Shown piece by piece: positions 61,543 through 64,000 of a stretch of DNA of 64,000 nucleotides (position 1 is its first letter; every line of letters begins with the position of its first letter). Under the pieces are notes generated by a model that was not told the DNA's origin, did no database searches, and saw only the letters and a list, made by a program, of their open reading frames with translations. The position numbers and the translations under genes are program-made. Source of the stretch: Clostridia bacterium (GTDB lineage: Bacteria; Bacillota; Clostridia; Caldicoprobacterales; Caldicoprobacteraceae); NCBI GenBank assembly GCA_017577715.2, contig PKRC02000001.1, forward strand, positions 279 to 64,278, in the 5' to 3' direction.

Positions 61543-61857
61543 TCAAAAAGGAATCCCCAGCCTCCTTACCCCTTCTACCAGCCTGTGCCACTCCGCAATC
61601 ATCGTGTTAAGATAATCAAGGCCGGCTGAGGTAATGCGGTAGTACTTCCTTGGGGGTCCACTAGGCGAATCCTTCACATACGTTTCGGTGTATCCTTCTG
61701 CATTTAACCGCCTGAGTATGGCATATACCGAACCGTCATACACATCGCTGAACTGGTCCTTTATGGCCCTCATTATTTGGTAACCATAAAGCTCCTTATC
61801 TCTTAATTGATAAAGGATACACATCTCCAGTACCCCTTTTTTAAGCTGCGTATTCAT
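61543..61857 (-). CDS. PadR-family transcriptional regulator
   Basis: QLKKGVLE, YGYQI, GSVYAILRRL, GPPRKYY.IT..G. Confidence 0.93.
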   Translation of the reverse strand: MNTQLKKGVLEMCILYQLRDKELYGYQIMRAIKDQFSDVYDGSVYAILRRLNAEGYTETYVKDSPSGPPRKYYRITSAGLDYLNTMIAEWHRLVEGVRRLGIPF

Positions 61858-61988
61858 GGCATCCTTGTTTTTCCTCCTTCGTGATGTTTGGCCTTATTTG
61901 TGTTGTCACCAGATTTGCCCTTCGTTACAGCAATTTTTTACAACCATTTGCTGAAAAACAGTCCAGATCCTATTGCGCTGCCGCCTCG

Positions 61989-62774
61989 TTACCTATCCTC
62001 AACGACCACGGTTCCCGCCAGCTTATCATGGATGGTGTTGTTGGTCTTGGAGAAAACAGCCCAGAAGAAGGAGGCGATGTAGGATATGTTTGAGATAATA
62101 CCCGCCAGCAGGACCTTGCCAACGAACTGGCGTATAATTATATCAAGGGGCTTTAAAGCAGATCTATCCTTCTTAACCACCTTTATACCCATCAGGCGCA
62201 TGCCTACCGTCCTGCCCTTCATCAATATCATGGCCAGCGTGCCATACAGCCAGAAGAAGATGAAACCCATCAATACAAGCACAATTTGGATATTTATCAC
62301 ATGAGGAGAATAAGTGTAAACCCTCTCTACTCCAGAACCGGTATAAGAGAAAATACCGCTCAATTGAGAAGCTAAAGAGAAGATTAGAAATAGAGGGATT
62401 AAAGGATTAATAATCATAATTGGAAAAACAGAGAGCATCAATCTGGGCGCTCCTATAATAATACAAAGCAAAACCAACGGTATCAAGGATAGCACGTAGT
62501 CGATTATAAAAGCCACAATGCGTTTGCCAAGGGGTGCAAGAGGGTAACCGTTTTCATCGTTTAACTCTGATGTGTTTGGGCTCTCGTCCACAATAGCCTT
62601 TGCCACCAATGCCGGCGAACCCAGCATATCGGATATCTCTTCCTCTGTCTTACCCTCGGCCTTGCCCGACTCAAATATTTCATCATAATCCATAATGATA
62701 TTCTCTAGTTCGTCATCGCTGACCTTGCCCATCAAGTTATACTTGAGTTCCCTTAAAAATTCGCTCTTTTTCAC
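61989..62774 (-). CDS. DUF1700/HAAS N-terminal domain fused to RDD-family membrane domain
   Basis: MKKSEFLRELK...DYDEIFESG..EGKTEEEI...LGSP..VA, then KRIVAFIIDY, GRTVGMRLMGIKVV, HDKLAGTVVV. Confidence 0.85.
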   Translation of the reverse strand: MKKSEFLRELKYNLMGKVSDDELENIIMDYDEIFESGKAEGKTEEEISDMLGSPALVAKAIVDESPNTSELNDENGYPLAPLGKRIVAFIIDYVLSLIPLVLLCIIIGAPRLMLSVFPIMIINPLIPLFLIFSLASQLSGIFSYTGSGVERVYTYSPHVINIQIVLVLMGFIFFWLYGTLAMILMKGRTVGMRLMGIKVVKKDRSALKPLDIIIRQFVGKVLLAGIISNISYIASFFWAVFSKTNNTIHDKLAGTVVVEDR

Positions 62775-62815
62775 CTATATCCCTCCACCATCATCGATTT
62801 CCTATCAGCCATATA

Positions 62816-62879
62816 ACTATTATTCATTGAATAATAGTCTGGCAACAGTATATCATACTATTGTTCAAAAAACAATAGT
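62816..62879 (-). promoter_or_regulatory. Promoter with two 23-bp palindromic operators (candidate PadR sites)
   Basis: TTGTTT-N17-TATACT (extended TG) on -; ACTATTATTCATTGAATAATAGT at 62816-62838 and ACTATTGTTCAAAAAACAATAGT at 62857-62879. Confidence 0.7.
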
Positions 62880-63012
62880 TATTTAAACAACAAACATCAT
62901 CAAAATGCCTCGCTGAATTGAAAATTTAGCTTCCAGTCCCGTAGGGACAGAATATTGAATTTAAATTCAAGCAATTGTAGGGTCATGACGCTGGCTTAAA
63001 CAGCAATCTTGG

Positions 63013-63042
63013 AAAAATAAAAAACTCCGGCACATACCGGAG
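63013..63042 (-). terminator. Terminator of the tRNA operon
   Basis: ctccgg/ccggag stem with a long U-tract on -. Confidence 0.7.
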
Positions 63043-63052
63043 ATCTTAACAT

Positions 63053-63128
63053 TGGTGGGCGCAATAGGACTCGAACCTATGACCCCTTGCTTGTAAGGCA
63101 AGTGCTCTCCCAGCTGAGCTATGCGCCC
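63053..63128 (-). tRNA. tRNA-Val(TAC)
   Basis: GGGCGCATAGCTCAGCTGGGAGAGC...CTTACAA...GGTTCGAGTCC...ACCA cloverleaf. Confidence 0.97.
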
Positions 63129-63160
63129 ATGGCAGTCAATTTTTAACTCCTCTATAATAA

Positions 63161-63237
63161 TGGTGGCGGCGAACGGATTCGAACCGCTGACCCTTCGGGT
63201 ATGAACCGAATGCTCTAGCCAACTGAGCTACGCCGCC
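63161..63237 (-). tRNA. Elongator tRNA-Met(CAT)
   Basis: GGCGGCGTAGCTCAGTTGGCTAGAGC...TTCATAC...GGTTCGAATCC...ACCA; resembles the Bacillus elongator Met tRNA. Confidence 0.92.
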
Positions 63238-63279
63238 ACACTATCAAACAGACCTTTTTCATCTTTATAAAGATAAAAC

Positions 63280-63356
<77 letters not shown>

Positions 63357-63399
63357 ACATTCACCCTTTAAAGCCCTTTTCTCGTTAGCGGCAAGTTAT

Positions 63400-63428
63400 A
63401 TTCTATAATAAAATCTTTTTTAAGTCAA
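63400..63428 (-). promoter_or_regulatory. Sigma-A promoter of the tRNA operon
   Basis: TTGACT-N17-TAGAAT about 45 bp upstream of tRNA-fMet. Confidence 0.8.
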
Positions 63429-63648
63429 TACCCTTTTTTATCTTTGTCCTATTATTCAAAATGGAAGTTAGATGGGTAGGATACTATTGCTTATAGACGT
63501 ATCACGCTACCGTTAAAAATAAATAATGGGTAAATTAACTGACTATAGTAAAAAATGGCTATTTAAGAGCCATAAACCATATTTTATGAAGCTATAAGTA
63601 ATTCAACAATCCTTGTGGTCGCACATATGATTGCAAGTAACTCCATTC

Positions 63649-64000
63649 TCATACCAGGCTTATCTTTACCGGCGTGCCATTGGACAAAGTATCGCTGACC
63701 GGGCACCTGTCTTCTACGGCATCAAGCCACTTCGACAGCGTTTCGGCATCGGCATCACTATCGACCTTTATGTTGACCCTGATCTCCTTGTACCCTGCCC
63801 TTTCAGCATTAGACTTGCCCGTAAACCTTGCAGGATTCAAATCGCCCTCCAGGTCGATCTGTAACCCCTTAAGCTCGATACCCATCTCCTTTGCCACCAC
63901 ATGGCCTACCACATTAATGCATCCGGCAAGAGCTGCCAGGAGGTACTCCACCGGGTTGGCTCCTGCATTGGTCCCGCCAAGGCTTTCGGGCTCATCGATG
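63649..64000 (-). CDS. OsmC-family protein (5' end outside the window)
   Basis: IDEPESLGGTNAGANPVEYLLAALAGC and RCPVSDTL two-Cys motifs. Confidence 0.9.
   Translation of the reverse strand, partial: IDEPESLGGTNAGANPVEYLLAALAGCINVVGHVVAKEMGIELKGLQIDLEGDLNPARFTGKSNAERAGYKEIRVNIKVDSDADAETLSKWLDAVEDRCPVSDTLSNGTPVKISLV

Noticed and set aside
59252-63128. Prophage or island (holin-like gene, polX, tRNA 3' end)
   Set aside because: No integrase, structural genes or duplicated tRNA end (att) were seen, and the flanking genes look like ordinary chromosome.

Overview
This 64 kb window looks like gene-dense, mostly core chromosome from a spore-forming, polysaccharide-using Clostridia-type firmicute (a Caldicoprobacter-like thermophile is an unverified guess). 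It holds GH1 and GH3 beta-glucosidases, a lysine-riboswitch asd-dapA-dapB operon, and a purECFMNHD operon with a paired PurR-type box. It also carries larB with a split larC, guaB, nfnAB, nth/ogg/polX, glyQS, an ARG-box argD-argF operon, three tRNAs (fMet, Met, Val) and a probable sporulation cluster at 40.6-46.7 kb. I found no CRISPR array, transposase, integrase or intact prophage. The most notable observations are: (1) DapB fused in frame to an aspartokinase-type double-ACT module; (2) larC split at an A_AAA_AAA -1 frameshift site; (3) a HAAS(DUF1700)-RDD/PadR unit with two matched 23-bp palindromes on its promoter and a third near-copy 9 kb away; (4) a MASE3-PP2C / TM1266-like / ECF-S operon without hyd genes; (5) an internally deleted GH10 lipoprotein xylanase; (6) a possible ATT start codon for guaB; (7) a candidate ~105-nt sRNA divergent from the lysine riboswitch. 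All calls come from motif recognition by eye and no database searches were run. Several starts were moved from the ORF track to codons with a ribosome-binding site (RBS).
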